DNA of 63,747 nt, the filler included, from Octopus bimaculoides (taxonomy: Eukaryota): NCBI RefSeq assembly GCF_001194135.2. It is 6 parts of 6 records of this genome, joined end to end, with 100 filler letters (N's around TTAATTAATTAA, not from the genome) between each part and the next. Parts side by side here need not be neighbours in the genome. Positions count along the whole stretch, not along the records: positions 24,557 to 39,277 come from NC_068981.1; positions 39,378 to 51,288 come from NC_068990.1; 4 more parts are not named here. One strand, 5' to 3'. The translations under genes were made by a program, and so were the position numbers. Under the pieces are notes generated by a model that worked only from the letters and a program-made list of their open reading frames with translations, ran no database searches and was not told the origin of the DNA. Every line of letters starts with the position of its first letter. Positions within the stretch are counted from its first letter, which is position 1. Below are positions 25,626 through 39,608 of this stretch, one piece after another.

Positions 25626-27699
25626 TAGCTCCTGATTACTCAAGTGTCTTGGTTAATTGTGTTCTTGATTAAAAGGTACATTTGACAGACTGTTTTCAAT
25701 TGCTTATCAATTTCTCGTGCACCGTCAAACAAAATAGGGAACATATCATACACTTATATTAAGGTGATATATATATATATATGCGCACGTGAAAAAGTAT
25801 ACATTCGGCTTTATTAATTTTATACAATTGTAATTTGAAATATTCAGTATCTAAGAGAGTTATAAAGATTAACTAAAAGTGATATATTACCGTTTACTTT
25901 GTAAAGTGATAATATTTCGTTATAAACTAACTAGCCTCTTAAAAGCAGAAATCTCGTCTATGCCCTAGACGAGCTATAACATCATCCTTCTTTGAAAGTC
26001 AATATAATAATTTAAAATTTTCCATACATGAAAAGTTGAAGCTATATAAAATATCATTTCAAAACTATTCAATTTAAAATGTATATTTTTGTTTTCGATT
26101 GTGACCATATATTCTGTCTATAAGATAGAATACCATGTAATATATATATATTGTATTATTTCTAATGCGCAAAGATATTTTTATAAATGGGTTGAAAGCT
26201 TATTAATTTTGAAATCCATTTAACAAAGCTCAAACATTTCAAGAAGTTTACTATCTGAATTGTTATTTCTCATTCCTGCCAAGTAGAAAGACTATTGATG
26301 TTTGGAAAGAAGAGAAAAAGAAAAAATGGAAAGGAAGACAAAAGATCATTTAAGAAAGTAAATGAAATTCTTTTTTCCCCAGACATATGATACAATCTTA
26401 GCTTATCTCCTCTCGTCCTCAAAGTGATATTCAAGGATGTTTCAAGAAACGACACACTATTAAAGGAAGATTTAATTATGAATTTAAAAGAAAAAGTTAG
26501 AGATAATTGCATAGTACCCACCACCCATCACGAAAAACAACAACAAATAAAACAATAAAGATTGTATAGTTGAATCAAGTCAGGTGTTATGCTGAATAAA
26601 TAAATGGTAAATAAAAATGAAAAATAAGATGTAAAAGAAAAGAAAACGTGGATTAGGAAAGTCTTATCGTGCAATCTTAATAGGAAGTATAATATGAGAG
26701 AAATTAGCACGCCAACAAGTAGACACAGAACCGCTTTGAAGAGACAGAACTAACATTTAATGTAAAATCGATAACAAGAAAGGAAATTCATCCCAACTGG
26801 CGATAGTTGATATCCTTCAAAGGTAAGAGTTCATAGATATTTACATACGGTGTAAATAAATGTTGAGAATAGTACTAACTCACACTTAGACATTTAGTTG
26901 AACATAGCAAACACGCATACAAATATGAATATATGCGCGCGCATGTATATGTGTTAGTTCATTTATGTCTGCACATGACTTAGCGTCATATATCTACAAA
27001 TTATACTCAAATATATATATACATATGTGTGTGTATGGTATTTACATACGTATTTATATGCATGTAAACACTAACACATACATACATACATACATACATA
27101 CATACATACATACATACATACATACATCCATACATACATACCTCTTGTATAATATATTCACTGGGCTACCAAATGCAAGAAATAAAATGAAAGTAAACAT
27201 CAATTCACAGCGTAACTTACAGATATTTATTGTAAACACGTTAAGCAGTCGATTACTCCATTTATCTTTCGATTCTTACGTGTTTATCTAAAGTTGTGTT
27301 CGCCAAGTAACCACTACTTAGTAAATATTTTTACCGTGCGTCTATCTATTTTTCGCGCTCTATATTTAAACTACAATACAGCCTTCGAATTTTGAATATT
27401 TAGTCTGATTGTCTGACATGCTGTATAAAATGTGTTATGAGAATAATTGATAGAAATGAGTATATTCCAACTAATTGTTTTCTTTTTAACTTCTTGTGTT
27501 ATTATTGAATAGTAGTTCATTTACAAACGGTGAGACGTTGAAAAACGTATTGCGAACATTTTTTACTGATAATTTCGTTCTGAATTCGAATGTCTTTTAT
27601 ACATTCAGTGGCAGATTTAATAAAATATTTGTTATACACTGAACCACAAAAGAAGCACGAGATGTGTGACATGATTTCATTATGTCAGAGATAAATTTT

Positions 27700-28130
27700 G
27701 ATAAATCTGATAAAGCCAATTTCTTGGATGCACTTTGACCACAGTCTATGGGTTTTTGTCCTATGTTCTAGTAGTGAGCGGATCCAGCTCATCGAGATTG
27801 TGGGGCGTGACATGTTCAATATCATGTATGCCCTCCCAGGGTGTTCAAAACAGCCATATACCATCGATATATGTCAGTATAACGTTGTACCCCCTTCTTC
27901 TTCATAAAGTCCTTGTACTTTTTTTAAGTCCTGCACTTAATACCGGTCACAACCGCAAAACCTTTGACATTTTTCAAATCTTACCCTCCCTTTTTCGCCA
28001 GCTCCTCCTCTATGCTATTCACGTATCTCATCAACTCCTCCTCCGATGTCTCCACGTCAGACAAACCCACATTTTCATAACACATGTCAAAATAACGTTT
28101 CCCCCTTCAAACAAGGAGGATAACGACAAG
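27700..28130 (-). mobile_element. Divergent RLE-type retrotransposon C-terminal remnant
   Basis: GLVVI..RGKRYFDMCYEN...EEELMRYVNSIEEELAKKGG..VKGFAVVTG with internal stops; follows the PD..D / K..Y / VVG layout of RLE endonucleases. Confidence 0.45.
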
Positions 28131-28809
28131 TCCGCCTCAAAGCAGTTAACAAGAGTGGTCCGAAAACACGCATAACAATATATTCAACAATGTTAACAAC
28201 GTAATATAACAGATAAGCAGGAAAAAGCGATATTGACCGTTAATACCCAACACAAAGCTAAATTGTGAATTCCTGGAACGCGATTCAAGTTGATTTTTAT
28301 ACCCATAACCTCCACAAGATGCACGTGCATTTCGGTTTTCATGACAATTGTCAGCTGCAATTTGGCGTCTCGTTTCAGGGAAAGTTGAAAGGTCACCTGC
28401 AATTTGGGTCTCAGTCATAAACCAGCGTATCTTGGAATGTTTACACTTACATCCCCGAAATAAATTTTCAGAAGTTACCATATAAAAATGACATTTGAAC
28501 AAATCGCGTTTCTGTTACGGTTCAGTGTATTTGACTTCGACTTAACAGACTGCTGAACGCCATAAAGTGTGGCTTTGAACCCAATATTAGAAATCACTAC
28601 TAATACACACTTGATTCAGTTGTCAGACCGGTCGAGCGGTTTAAGGCTTAAGCTGCAGGGTGTAACATACAAAGAACGTACAACCTTTTGACCCACGATT
28701 TTGAAGGTGAATATAGATTCGAATTCCACTTTTGAAAAGTATCAGAAAAATCTTTAGACTTTTATAATCAGTAAAGAGTCAGGCGAAATGTTTTGCGGTA
28801 CTTAATTAT

Positions 28810-29085
28810 GGGTGAAGGAGTGTGATGTATTGGCTAGGGTATTGACCTAACAATCGTAAAGTCGTGTGCTCGAATTCTGAAACATGGTATTTCGTTGTGT
28901 CCTTGAGCAAAACATTTCATTTTACATCACTTCAATCTACATAGCTGCAACTGAGTAGCCTCAGTAACATCTGGGGGTTAGGATTAAGGTCATTGGCATT
29001 TATTTCAATGAAATGAGTCTCATACTCTTAGTCACTTATACCCCATGGAAACCGAGATAAGCCCCGGTTTTATCAGCCTCTGGGC
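28810..29085 (+). mobile_element. SINE family D, decayed
   Basis: CTCGAATTC...GTGTCCTTGAGCAAAACATTTCATT.. homologous to the 12537 copy. Confidence 0.55.
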
Positions 29086-30045
29086 TGTTGACACTTTAAA
29101 TTATTTAATCATAGCTCTTTATGTTGTATCTTTAAATTCTGCCAAGCAGCCGATAAATTAAGTACCAATCAAATATCGTTTCTCGATTTAATCCCTCCCA
29201 CAAGATGCGTAACCTTATGTCAGCGTTTGAAAACAGTGTTGATATACAAATCAGCGACTAGAGCAGTAACTGAGAATTGCAATACTAAATTCGTTGCGCG
29301 CCTGTGTGTACGTCGGAGATAATTATGTTCTTTTGTGTCCTGAATAGAAATAACATCGACAGCAACTTTGCCTTTTGCCTTTTGATGTTTGATATAACAA
29401 TTAACTGTATTCGCAAACTATTGATGATTTAAGAAAATATGGTAAAGAGGACCCAAGGATACTGATGAATTATAATTACACCTTTAGTGATAAGATTTAC
29501 TCCCAATAGCATTTAATCTTAATCTTATTTAATCTTAATGAAAATTGTATGATTTTCTCCCTTTTAGTTTTGATCAGATTTAGTAATTTAGACAATGATG
29601 TTTCTTTTCACTAAGAGCCAAAGCAGCGACTCGGGTTTGTCGCCTTCAAAGGCTATTACTCATCGAGGCTGATTGAGATTAGATGAATCTTTTCTTTTTT
29701 TCTTTTCTTTTTGTTTTAGTTGATTTATGGGTTGTGACATTCAGATGTTTAGGTAATTTTGAAAAATTTCCAAGCGGTACATCTACCCTTCGTAACAATT
29801 AGATAATAAATCGTATATCCTGTTAAGAGATACCGTATCTAGATTAAGAACTTTACAACAAGACAAAGACTACGATTTTCGCTCCATTGAAGTGTGGCTC
29901 AGCCTGCTAAAAATGTTCTATGTCATTGGAGGGCATGTGCGACCGCAACAGCAACAAAGGTAAATTAAGAAAACGATAAGTGATTTTGCAGTAGTTGGCA
30001 AATAGAATAAAGGAGTAATCAATAAGATAAAAGAAAGTCCTTTTA

Positions 30046-31331
30046 CAGGATGTCACAGAAAGATTTATCCATGTTTAAAACTCTTCCTAACGAATATCAG
30101 TTCAGGTAATATTATCTACGCTTTACATAAAGATTTGCATATGTCTTTTGTTCATGTATCTACTGTTTCGTTCGTCTATAACAGGTTTTCAAACAAACAT
30201 GGCGTCAAAATCAAAACCTGACCAGATTGTCGCTTTGAAAACAGTTGGTGTGAGCAACAAAAACAAAACAGTTGTGGGGGGGGGGTGCTGTAAAACAGTG
30301 TTCTATACATGGAAACGATATATGGAGTCTGCTATTACCTCTAGCAAATCAATCCTGGTAGAAAACGATCAATTCGTACCAATCAATCTGTTTAAGCTGT
30401 GAAGAAGCGAATGAGCTGAAATCTCCGCTGGAGTGCAAGAAAAAGTGTAAAAACTCTTGATATTTCGAAATCGTCGGTGCACAGGATTTTTAAAGAGGAT
30501 TTAAAGCTAACTACATATAAAAAACAATCCCGGCAGGTAATTTCAGCAGCTTCCAAGAAAAAAACCGTTCGGCAGGGGTTAGCTGGGATGAAGCGTGTCG
30601 CTAACAAAGTGTTGATCTGGTCCAACGAGAAGATCTTCACTAAGGAGTCAGTTGCAACAGCCCAACAACCAGAATGACAGGATTTATACACGTAATGTAG
30701 GAGACTTGTCCGAAGGTAGCAGGAGTCATTTGCGCTGTCAGAAACCAGCTTCACTCATTGTGCGGGCCGCAGTTGCATCTGATTGGTCCATCGATGCTGG
30801 CGTCGATGCTGGCGTCAAAATCAACAGTGAAGTTTATTTGGAAAAGTTGGATGAGAAAATGTTACCCTGGGTTATAGAAACCTTTGGCTACCGTTACATC
30901 TTCACTCAAGATGGAGCTTCGGCTCATACATTCAATTTGCCACAGAGGTGCAAAGTGCACTTTAGCGGTTTTTAGGACAAGACGATATAGCCTCACTCAA
31001 GTCCAGACATCAGTCCCATGGACTTTGCTATCTGGTCCATCTTAGAGAATATTGTTTCTGCTCGCTCCTATTCAAATGTGCCAGATCTGAAGAAAGCCCT
31101 TCTGTCTTCATGGGTCAAGTTGAATGAAGAGGTGGTGCGGCGCCGATGCAATTTACTGACCACTCATTTGTAGGTTATGATCAAGGTGAAAGTTGGCCGT
31201 TTGGAAATATAATTACTGCAATAGATTCACAATTTACATTTAAACGTGTGTGCCAAATTTCATTATCCTACCTTAATTTTAGTTTGAATAATTAAGAAAT
31301 ATCAATGGGTAAATCTTTCTGAGACACCCTG
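30046..31331 (+). mobile_element. Full-length defective Tc1/mariner element (maT/DD37D-like), 1286 bp
   Basis: 27-bp TIRs CAGGATGTCACAGAAAGATTTATCCAT / rc CAGGGTGTCTCAGAAAGATTTACCCAT (24/27), TA on both sides. Transposase motifs WSNEKIF, FTQDGASAH, SPDISPMDFAIWSILE, with stops and frameshifts. Confidence 0.93.
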
Positions 31332-31855
31332 TATGTTCCTGAATGAAATTACGTGAGATGGCAAGAGACTGTAAATCAGAAGAAGAAAAAAAATGAAAAG
31401 TACGTAAAAATATCGAGATCACATGGAACTGAAAGAGCACGCGAAGAAATTATACAGAGTTGTTCATACCTCTATTTAGTCACAGGTTAGTTCCAATCAG
31501 GCAGACGTATTATCGAACACATTCTAGTCGTATCCATTTGATATTTTATGCAATCTTCCGTTCAGTTCTGTAATATTGTAGGTTGTGATTAGAACGAAAT
31601 ATGGTAGATATGGTGCTTTACTGTTTAAAGTCTTTTTTTTACAATAAAAACAGTAAAACGGTCCGTAGATGAACTTCGAATTTTACAAACTTTGAACATT
31701 AACGGATACACCTCCCTCCTTATTAGACAGTTTAATCGATAGTTCATTATACATATGTGTGTGTGCGATACATACAAGCATACAACACATGCGCGCGCAC
31801 GCACACATGCACACACACATACAAACATATATATATATATATATACATACATACA

Positions 31856-31887
<32 letters not shown>

Positions 31888-32425
31888 CACTCATACACAC
31901 ACACACACAACATTCAAGTTGGTTTCTCTGTTCAGTTTAATCAGATCAGTTACATGATGTATTTTATTTCTGTAATATTTTATTTCTCTTTGAACCTATT
32001 GATGTCAATATGTTTTATATAATTTCCTGAATTTTATCGTTAATATACCCAATACAACACTTGAGACATTCTATATAACTTTAGAAACACGTGTTAACAC
32101 TAGAGACCTCTCAGCTTTGATCGAACACATTTTTTAATCAATATCTATATTATAATAAAACTTCTCCGATAATATATATATTTATTTGTTATATCATTTT
32201 AATATTTAGCTGACTTTTTAAATTGCCTATCGCTACATTCTTTTGTATCTATGAATGTTCACACATAGAACTGCTCACATATACGCACACATACCGGCGT
32301 ATCAGTATCAGATTCAGGCACAAGCTAAATAACTTACTGCTTAGAGTCTTACGGTTGCTATTGGCCGCAAACTAACCTACTCTCATGCACTCATGCAAGC
32401 ATATACTCTTTCACTCAAACATGCA

Positions 32426-32467
<42 letters not shown>

Positions 32468-32601
32468 TGTGTGTTAACATTTCTTATCCGGATCTTCCTA
32501 ATCTTGCATAAGAATTTCATGAGTTACAAGATGATCGAAGTTTTTAGCATATTACTTTAGCAGTAAAAGATTTACAAATTTTCATTTTACTTATGGAGTT
32601 A

Positions 32602-32815
32602 GGCGGCGAGCTGGCAAAATCGTTAGCATACCTGACAAAATACTTAGCGTCATTTCGTCTGTCTTTACGTTCTGAGTTCAAATTCCACCACAGTTAACTT
32701 TGCCTTTCATCCTTTCGGGATAAAATAAGTGCCAGTTGAGCAACGGGGTCGATGTAACCGACTTACCTCATCACCAAAAGAGCTGGTCTTGTGCGAAAAT
32801 TTGAAAGCCATTTTA
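32602..32815 (+). mobile_element. SINE family C
   Basis: GGCGGCGAGCTGGCAAAATCGTTAGCA...GAGTTCAAATTCC...CCTTTCATCCTTTCGGG. Confidence 0.8.
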
Positions 32816-35800
32816 ATTATGGAGTTACCTCTTTTCTTTTTTTTTTTAAACGGAGGAAATGCTTGTATAACATTTGTAAGCCCTTGCTGAATGAAGAGGT
32901 TGGTACCGTGGCTACTCAGCCTTGACAGCTAAAGGAGAATTGTGGCCGAGAAGAGATCAGGAGGTTTGATTAAATTATTTACTAGCGTGTCTTAATGAAA
33001 GAGTTACAGAATACAAGCCACACGTACTTAACGGAAGGTAAAACACGTAAAAAAAACCCAAAAAACAAAGGGATGCGAAAATATGGAATGATTCTATAGT
33101 ACCAAACTAAATCGAAATTAATGGAAATATCGTTAATGTAAGGAACAGAGACCGAACTTTCCATGAGTATTTTAAGAAATAAATGATAAACGTTAAAGCA
33201 ATATTTTGTTATTGATTTTACTAATGTTTTCTATTTTGCAGTCCACTGCTACTGCTACCATGTGCTTTGTTGCTATTGTTTCTCCTCCTGAAACTACATC
33301 AATGCACAAATTTCAACGTGGTTTCTTTACTTCCTAAAAATAGCAACCAAATTTCTCTCATAACTCACAACGTATATTCTTTAAGAAATGAAAAAGCTCA
33401 TTAGATAGTGCAGCGCTAGTTACTTCAGCGAAAACGGTATATGTCTACTCGATTAGAGTTTACCTGATGCAAACAACAACAACAAAAACAATAACCAGTA
33501 CTATGAAATAACAAAGAAGCCTCTAAGCGGCTTTGAACTGCTAGAAAAAGCATGATGGGCAATTTAGTTTTAGTTATAATAAAAACAAGATACTCATAGC
33601 TGAAATGTCATTGATCATAGGCCTTCTGGATCCCAGCTAACCTATGGCTAAACAACAACCATTACAGTTTCAGCCAATGAGAGAGCCCCAATATAGTCAC
33701 ACTCGAGTGGTTAGAAATAACAGTCAAATCTCCGTCGAATCATACCCTACTGTCTTACAAGGGAATATATTTAATCAAATCATCCTATATACATTATATC
33801 TACAAACAGGATGCATGACCATGGCTGGAGTCCCATTATTCATAGAGCTGCTTGCTTAGGGCTGTCTTAGCGCTAAATATCACTGATAACTATAACCATC
33901 AACATAAAATATTATGAGTAAAAAAAGAACGATTTTATGCTAAAAATAGTAACCACTTCTTGCTCAATCACATGCTACTGTCTTTATTATTAAACGAAGT
34001 CACATTAGTTTATGCAGTCATAAATAGCTATGGAAGAAAGGAAGGTCATGGCAGGAATGCCTTTGATCGCATGTCTACTTGATGAGAATTAAAACAACAA
34101 AAGCCTGTTGCTACTACTAGAAATGTTAATGTTTCGACGGCTGCAACTACTGCTAATTCTGCTACAAATTTCGCTGTCACAATATCTGCTGTATCTTCTG
34201 TAACTGCTGCTGACACACTTGTATCACGATTGCAACTACTACTGCTATATTTTGTTGCTCTGCTGCTATATTCCCTATTGCTGTTGTTATTAATACATAT
34301 ACTGCTGCTACACTGCAAACCAACGAAGAAACTTCTATGTAATCACTCGACCTGTTAGAAATAATAGTCAAAACCTCTCTCAAATAAAATACTAAAAATA
34401 ATAAAAAGGGAGGACATATTGGATTATTCATTCGAAGATAAACAAAGCATGAAATGGTCAAAGTTGTAATGCCTTTGATCAGAGATCATAACTCAAGAAG
34501 TAGCGAACTTCTAAGTGGTGACAAATTTGGCAGCGTCGTTCCAGCATCGGACAAAATACCTCATGATAGTTATTCAGGTACTTTGCGCTCTGTATTCGAA
34601 TCTTATCGATGTCAGCTTTGCCTTTCCTCTTTTGGGGATGATAAACAAAGCACCTGTCTGGGGTAGTTGACCGACAAAGATGTTAAAACATCGTAGGATA
34701 TGCCTTGCACTATACTGGCTCTCTAAGTTTTGAGTTCAAATTTAAACATGGTTTACGTCGGTGGTTGACCTAATCCGTCTCTCAGTTTACAATTAACCTG
34801 TGGCCGTTAGGTATCTTTAGAGAAGTCGGACCTGTCTCTAATTTGAAGATAATTTCTTTCTACTAGTAGCAGTAACCCTGCAAAGCGTCATGGGCACTGC
34901 TTTCTTCAGGCTAAAGGATAAAAAATAAAATCTATTCGATCAAGCATGACCCGAGGATAAAACAATTGTCTACAGCTATTACTAATAAAATGCAGTTGAT
35001 ACATAACTGTCATGAAAAGAAAATCTTTAGCCCTTATTTTACTTCAACAGACGACGATCAGGAACGGAAAGTATCACTTCTGAAATCAACAGGAAAATTC
35101 ATGTTAAACCTTCTAGCAAGAAAATCTCCACCACGCTTGTAGAATCTTTATATCCAGTACACTTCAATGAAAGTGGAATATAAAACTCCTGCAGTTAAAG
35201 TAATTGTATTTGCCGCTCTTCTCTTAGTCATTTCTATACAAACTATATTCAACAAAACTATTTCCAGATTGTTTAACTTTATTCAGTTTGTCTTACAACG
35301 CGCGCTATACATCCAGACAACCTATACGACCTCTAAGAGGAAACGTACGACTAATTAGTAAATACTTACTGATGCTATATCTGGTGGATCAACAAATACT
35401 TAGAGACGCTATAACTATTTGCTGGAGTATTGCTCATTTCTGCCGTTTCTACGGGTACTATCAATCTGAATATACTTTTCTCCAACTAACCTAATGTATA
35501 CGTCGCTCTTCTTTTCTTCCTTACAAAAGTACAAAGGTCCTTACTAAACAGTTTTCACAAATTTTTTCCCAGAGTATGCAGCATTCTTGAATTCCTTCCC
35601 CACTCACAATTTCTCTACGAATGTCCTACACTCTTTCAGACAGAAAAGTAACCACATCGATGTCACCAATTTGAGAGACCCATACAAATACTAGATGACG
35701 CCTTTTTTCCTCCGAATAAGATGTGTGTGCTTCCGCGTACTTACAGAAAAATTATTTCCAGTGTCGCTTACAAATGTAGTTTACTTTAATGCTTGTACTG

Positions 35801-36689
35801 AATACAATACGTATATGCTTCGAGTGGCGCTAATTTATAAATCAAGATTTTAAGAATAATGAGTTGGCGATATCGCGTTCGGTATCAGGGAATCTAATTT
35901 AGAATTCCAAGAGTTGGTATAGTCCTTTATCTTGTGAGCAAGTAATGTAATCGATGCTATTCGATGTCTCATATATATTAGGTCTCATGTAAAATGATAT
36001 TTTATGACAACTTAAGAATACGTGATACTATTTGTTTACATGCTACACTTATAAGTATCTAATTATATTGAAGATATATTTGAGACATGATGTGAAAACA
36101 AGAAACATTAAAAAATAAGAAAGATGATATAAGCACAATGAAAATATATTTATATAAAACAAAGAAGGCCGAGACCGTATTCAGAAAAGAGTCACACAAT
36201 GGATTAGCGTAAAGTCGTTCAGAGGCGTGCTTCAGCCACTGTGTCACAGGCGTTCAGTTTCATATCTCTGCTTTATTTATCGCTACTCTAATAGACTTTG
36301 ATCCTTAGATCTAACTGGGGTCATACCACTGCCACTCGGGCATTCCCTACTTAGTCATCTCTCTTGTTCTCGTTACCTTTGTTGAATCTAACTTCTCAGA
36401 CATTTCACTAATTATCAAGCCCAGTCTTTGCTTCTCATAATATCGGTAAGCACAATGTGAAGGCCATAGAAACTGCCCGTTCCTGTAGACACAGCAAGTA
36501 AAAATAATACATATTAAATACAATTTCCTTTTCTTTTCTATGTAATAAAGATGGTTTCGTCACATTTGGTTAAATAGCTTCAATAAGTTACAGAGGTAAT
36601 AAGGAAAATTATCTGCTTGTTTTAAAAACTTTAGGGTATGCATATATCATTCGTAACAAGTTTATATTTTTTTAAATGTTAAAAATTTC

Positions 36690-36995
36690 TAGAGAAAGGT
36701 GAGCAACGGTAGTTGCTCACCAGTAGAAGTGCCGGTTGCGGGAGAGGAGAAGGACCCCCCTGGGTGTGCCGGCGAAGGCCCCCAACTCCCGCAACCGAGA
36801 AAAGGAAAACATAACGAAAGAGAAACGGGAGACGGTCGCCGGATGTCGTTGTGCCGCCGACCGAATCCGATACTCTTCCGGTGGGAAGTGTACCATCGGA
36901 GCAAGAGGCTCTGGCAGTGGGAAGTATGCCACTGACAGAGCAGGTTGAGGTCACTCCCCATGAAGAAGAACTCGTTATTTTCTATCTCAGGGTTC
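36690..36995 (+). other. GC-rich island; possible retroelement ORF1 remnant with two hairpins
   Basis: Abrupt GC/CpG rise; frame RRSPDVVVPPTESDTLPVGSVPSEQEALAVGSMPLTEQVEVTPHEEE with a 36-bp internal repeat; stems at 36698-36721 and 36733-36797. Confidence 0.35.
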
Positions 36996-37085
36996 GAAAG
37001 TCGATTAAGGCTTAAGGCTATTCATCATTCTTTAATTTAAGGAGAAATAGTTAAATTGCCTTGTCTATATATCTTCTACATGGTT

Positions 37086-37118
<33 letters not shown>

Positions 37119-37149
37119 CACACATATACAGTCAGACAGACAGACAGAC

Positions 37150-37249
<100 letters not shown>

Positions 37250-37832
37250 TGGTAAATAGACATGTGTAGTGCTCTTTCTGATACAAATATCGGCGAAAGT
37301 TACTCACTTATCGGAAGAAAAGCAATGGTCCCATGCTTTCGAATAAAAGTACTTTGCTTGTTCCGCTCGTGTTGCCCAGATACTTCTTCGTTGCTGTAGC
37401 AATTGACTTGCAGTTAACTAGCGATTGGCCTGTAGCTAATGACGCTATTTTTCATATGAAAGATAAAATATGAATAAAAACAAAATTCAGCACTGAAACG
37501 TGTACGGTATTGGATGCAAAGTTGAAACCACACGGCATTAATTTATTTCTGTTGTCAAGTAATCATGAGTAATGATAATGAATTGGAATTGATAATGAAT
37601 GGGAACAAGCTAGATCCGCATCAGTTTTACTTGTTGCGGCGTTATAACAACGAAGTGTTGCGAAATAAATCTATTGAATCCGAATTATACAAATTTTTCC
37701 TAATTTTCATCATGTATAGAATACGTAACACAAAAGTAATGCTCTTGATTGAAGACTAAACTTTTATAATAACCCCACATTTCGAATTGTTTCAATAAAA
37801 TTCACACACATGAACATAAATACATACATAAT

Positions 37833-37878
<46 letters not shown>

Positions 37879-38119
37879 TACTGCATATGGTATGATAATA
37901 CCAGGTGATAGCAAAGGTAAGAGGTTTATGCTCCAGCCATCCATCTGAGATTTGTGCCCTAAATAAGACGATAATTAGCAATTTTAGTTGCTGTAGGTGC
38001 ATTTGTAATGTCTGTCTACATTACAAATAAAAACTCAGATATCTATTACATATTTGTAGATGTATATTTGTCTTCGCCAAGGTACTCAAAATCTGTAAAA
38101 TGAATATTGACAAAAGTCT

Positions 38120-38465
38120 CTTTTATCTTTTGTTTCACTCATTGGAATGCAGCCATGCTGGAGTACAGCCTTAAAAGGTTTTAGTCGAACAGATCGACCT
38201 TAATAATTTTCTTTTTAAAGTCTAATATTTATTCTATCGAACTCTCTGCCGAACCGCGAATTTACGTGGATGAAAACAAACCAACACCAGTTCTCAAACG
38301 CTGTGGGGATAAACAAAAGCTCAAAGATATACACATGTACACACAGTTTCCGATTACAAAATTAACTCACAAAGCATAGGTAGGCCCGGGCCTATAGTTA
38401 AAGACACTTGCCGAATGTGTTGAGCAGTGGTAATGAACCCGAAAGCACGTGGTTGAACCTCACAG
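38120..38465 (-). mobile_element. SINE family A, full-length, decayed
   Basis: Tail, body and head blocks in reverse orientation. Confidence 0.75.
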
Positions 38466-39246
38466 TCATGCCTGTGTCGCTAATGGGTTCTGGTTGTTTG
38501 CTGTCCCATGGCTGAATTGGTGACTGTAAATATGTTTCTTGGCTGCGTCGAAAAAAAACTTAAACAACACCCGCGAAAGTTTAACTGGTCTATTTATTGT
38601 TGCGCATAAGGATAATCTGCATTGGCCATTTGTAGTTAACAACAACAATTCCAATTACAGACTGGGAGAGAGATACTGCTTTGAGATTACAGGAAGCTAT
38701 CTATACTGAAATATACGGTCGTCCAACATTTCCGAAATTAACTGCACTACCTTCGTGGCAACGGACAACCTTGATCGTCTGTTCTAGGCCCTCTGCATTG
38801 GTCGTCAGTCTGACAAGAATGGAGGCACATGTCGCTCAACTGATTCCACATTCTGCTATTAACTACCGCCAAAAGCAGCCTTTTATAGGGTACAGGAAGA
38901 AGATCCTAGAAGATTAAATTATGTCACAGCTCGACACTGACCGATCGTGTGAAAGTATTGTGATTTAGTCGTGATGTCTGACATGTATTTGGAATCAGCG
39001 CTACATCTGCACCTAGAAGTATTCATTATCATATATCACTATTCACTCTCTTTAACAGAAGATTTCTACAACATTTATATCAAACTATAACCTTAACGTG
39101 TTGAAATTACATTTTGAAATATCCGTTGCCTGGTTCTGTTTGCGTATATTATTCATCTAGAAAAATTTCTTCCCTACTTGGTGTATGAAGTAAAATTCAG
39201 CCTCACAAGGTACACGTATTTAGATGCCAAGATGCATATGCGTATC

Positions 39247-39277
<31 letters not shown>

Positions 39278-39377
39278 NNNNNNNNNNNNNNNNNNNNNNN
39301 NNNNNNNNNNNNNNNNNNNNNTTAATTAATTAANNNNNNNNNNNNNNNNNNNNNNNNNNNNNNNNNNNNNNNNNNNN
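39278..39377. other. Synthetic joining spacer 44N-TTAATTAATTAA-44N
   Basis: Linker at 39322-39333. Confidence 0.95.
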
Positions 39378-39520
39378 AGAAAATTATGTATAAATATATC
39401 AAATTAAGAATTCTACGAGGTATAGTACAATGCAAAATACCAAACGGAACCTCACCTCTTATATCTCATCTTTCTTCCTCCTTTAACGCCTATGTGATAT
39501 AATTCTTGGGAGAGAATACA

Positions 39521-39608
39521 TTTGCGGCCGAAGATAGCTTTATATTGTCAATTATACACTGATGTAACAACTATAAAACTATAAAGCTTGAAACACGTGT
39601 ACCGCAGA
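39521..39608 (+). ncRNA. Type I hammerhead ribozyme, copy with U4->C core change
   Basis: Stem I UUUGCGG/CCGCAGA; core CCGAAGA (39528-39534); stem II AGCUUUAUA/UAUAAAGCU; GAAA 39590-39593; palindromic ACACGUGU; GUA triplet (A39601). Confidence 0.65.

Noticed and set aside
32084-32100. GAAACACGTGT, matching the hammerhead 3' half
   Set aside because: No upstream CUGANGA or stem I/II partners; ACACGTGT arises easily in CA/TG-rich DNA.
37876-37915. 40-nt exon candidate ending AAG|GTAAGA (NTAYGMIIPGDSK)
   Set aside because: The acceptor is the end of a (CA)n tract with no polypyrimidine tract; insufficient support.
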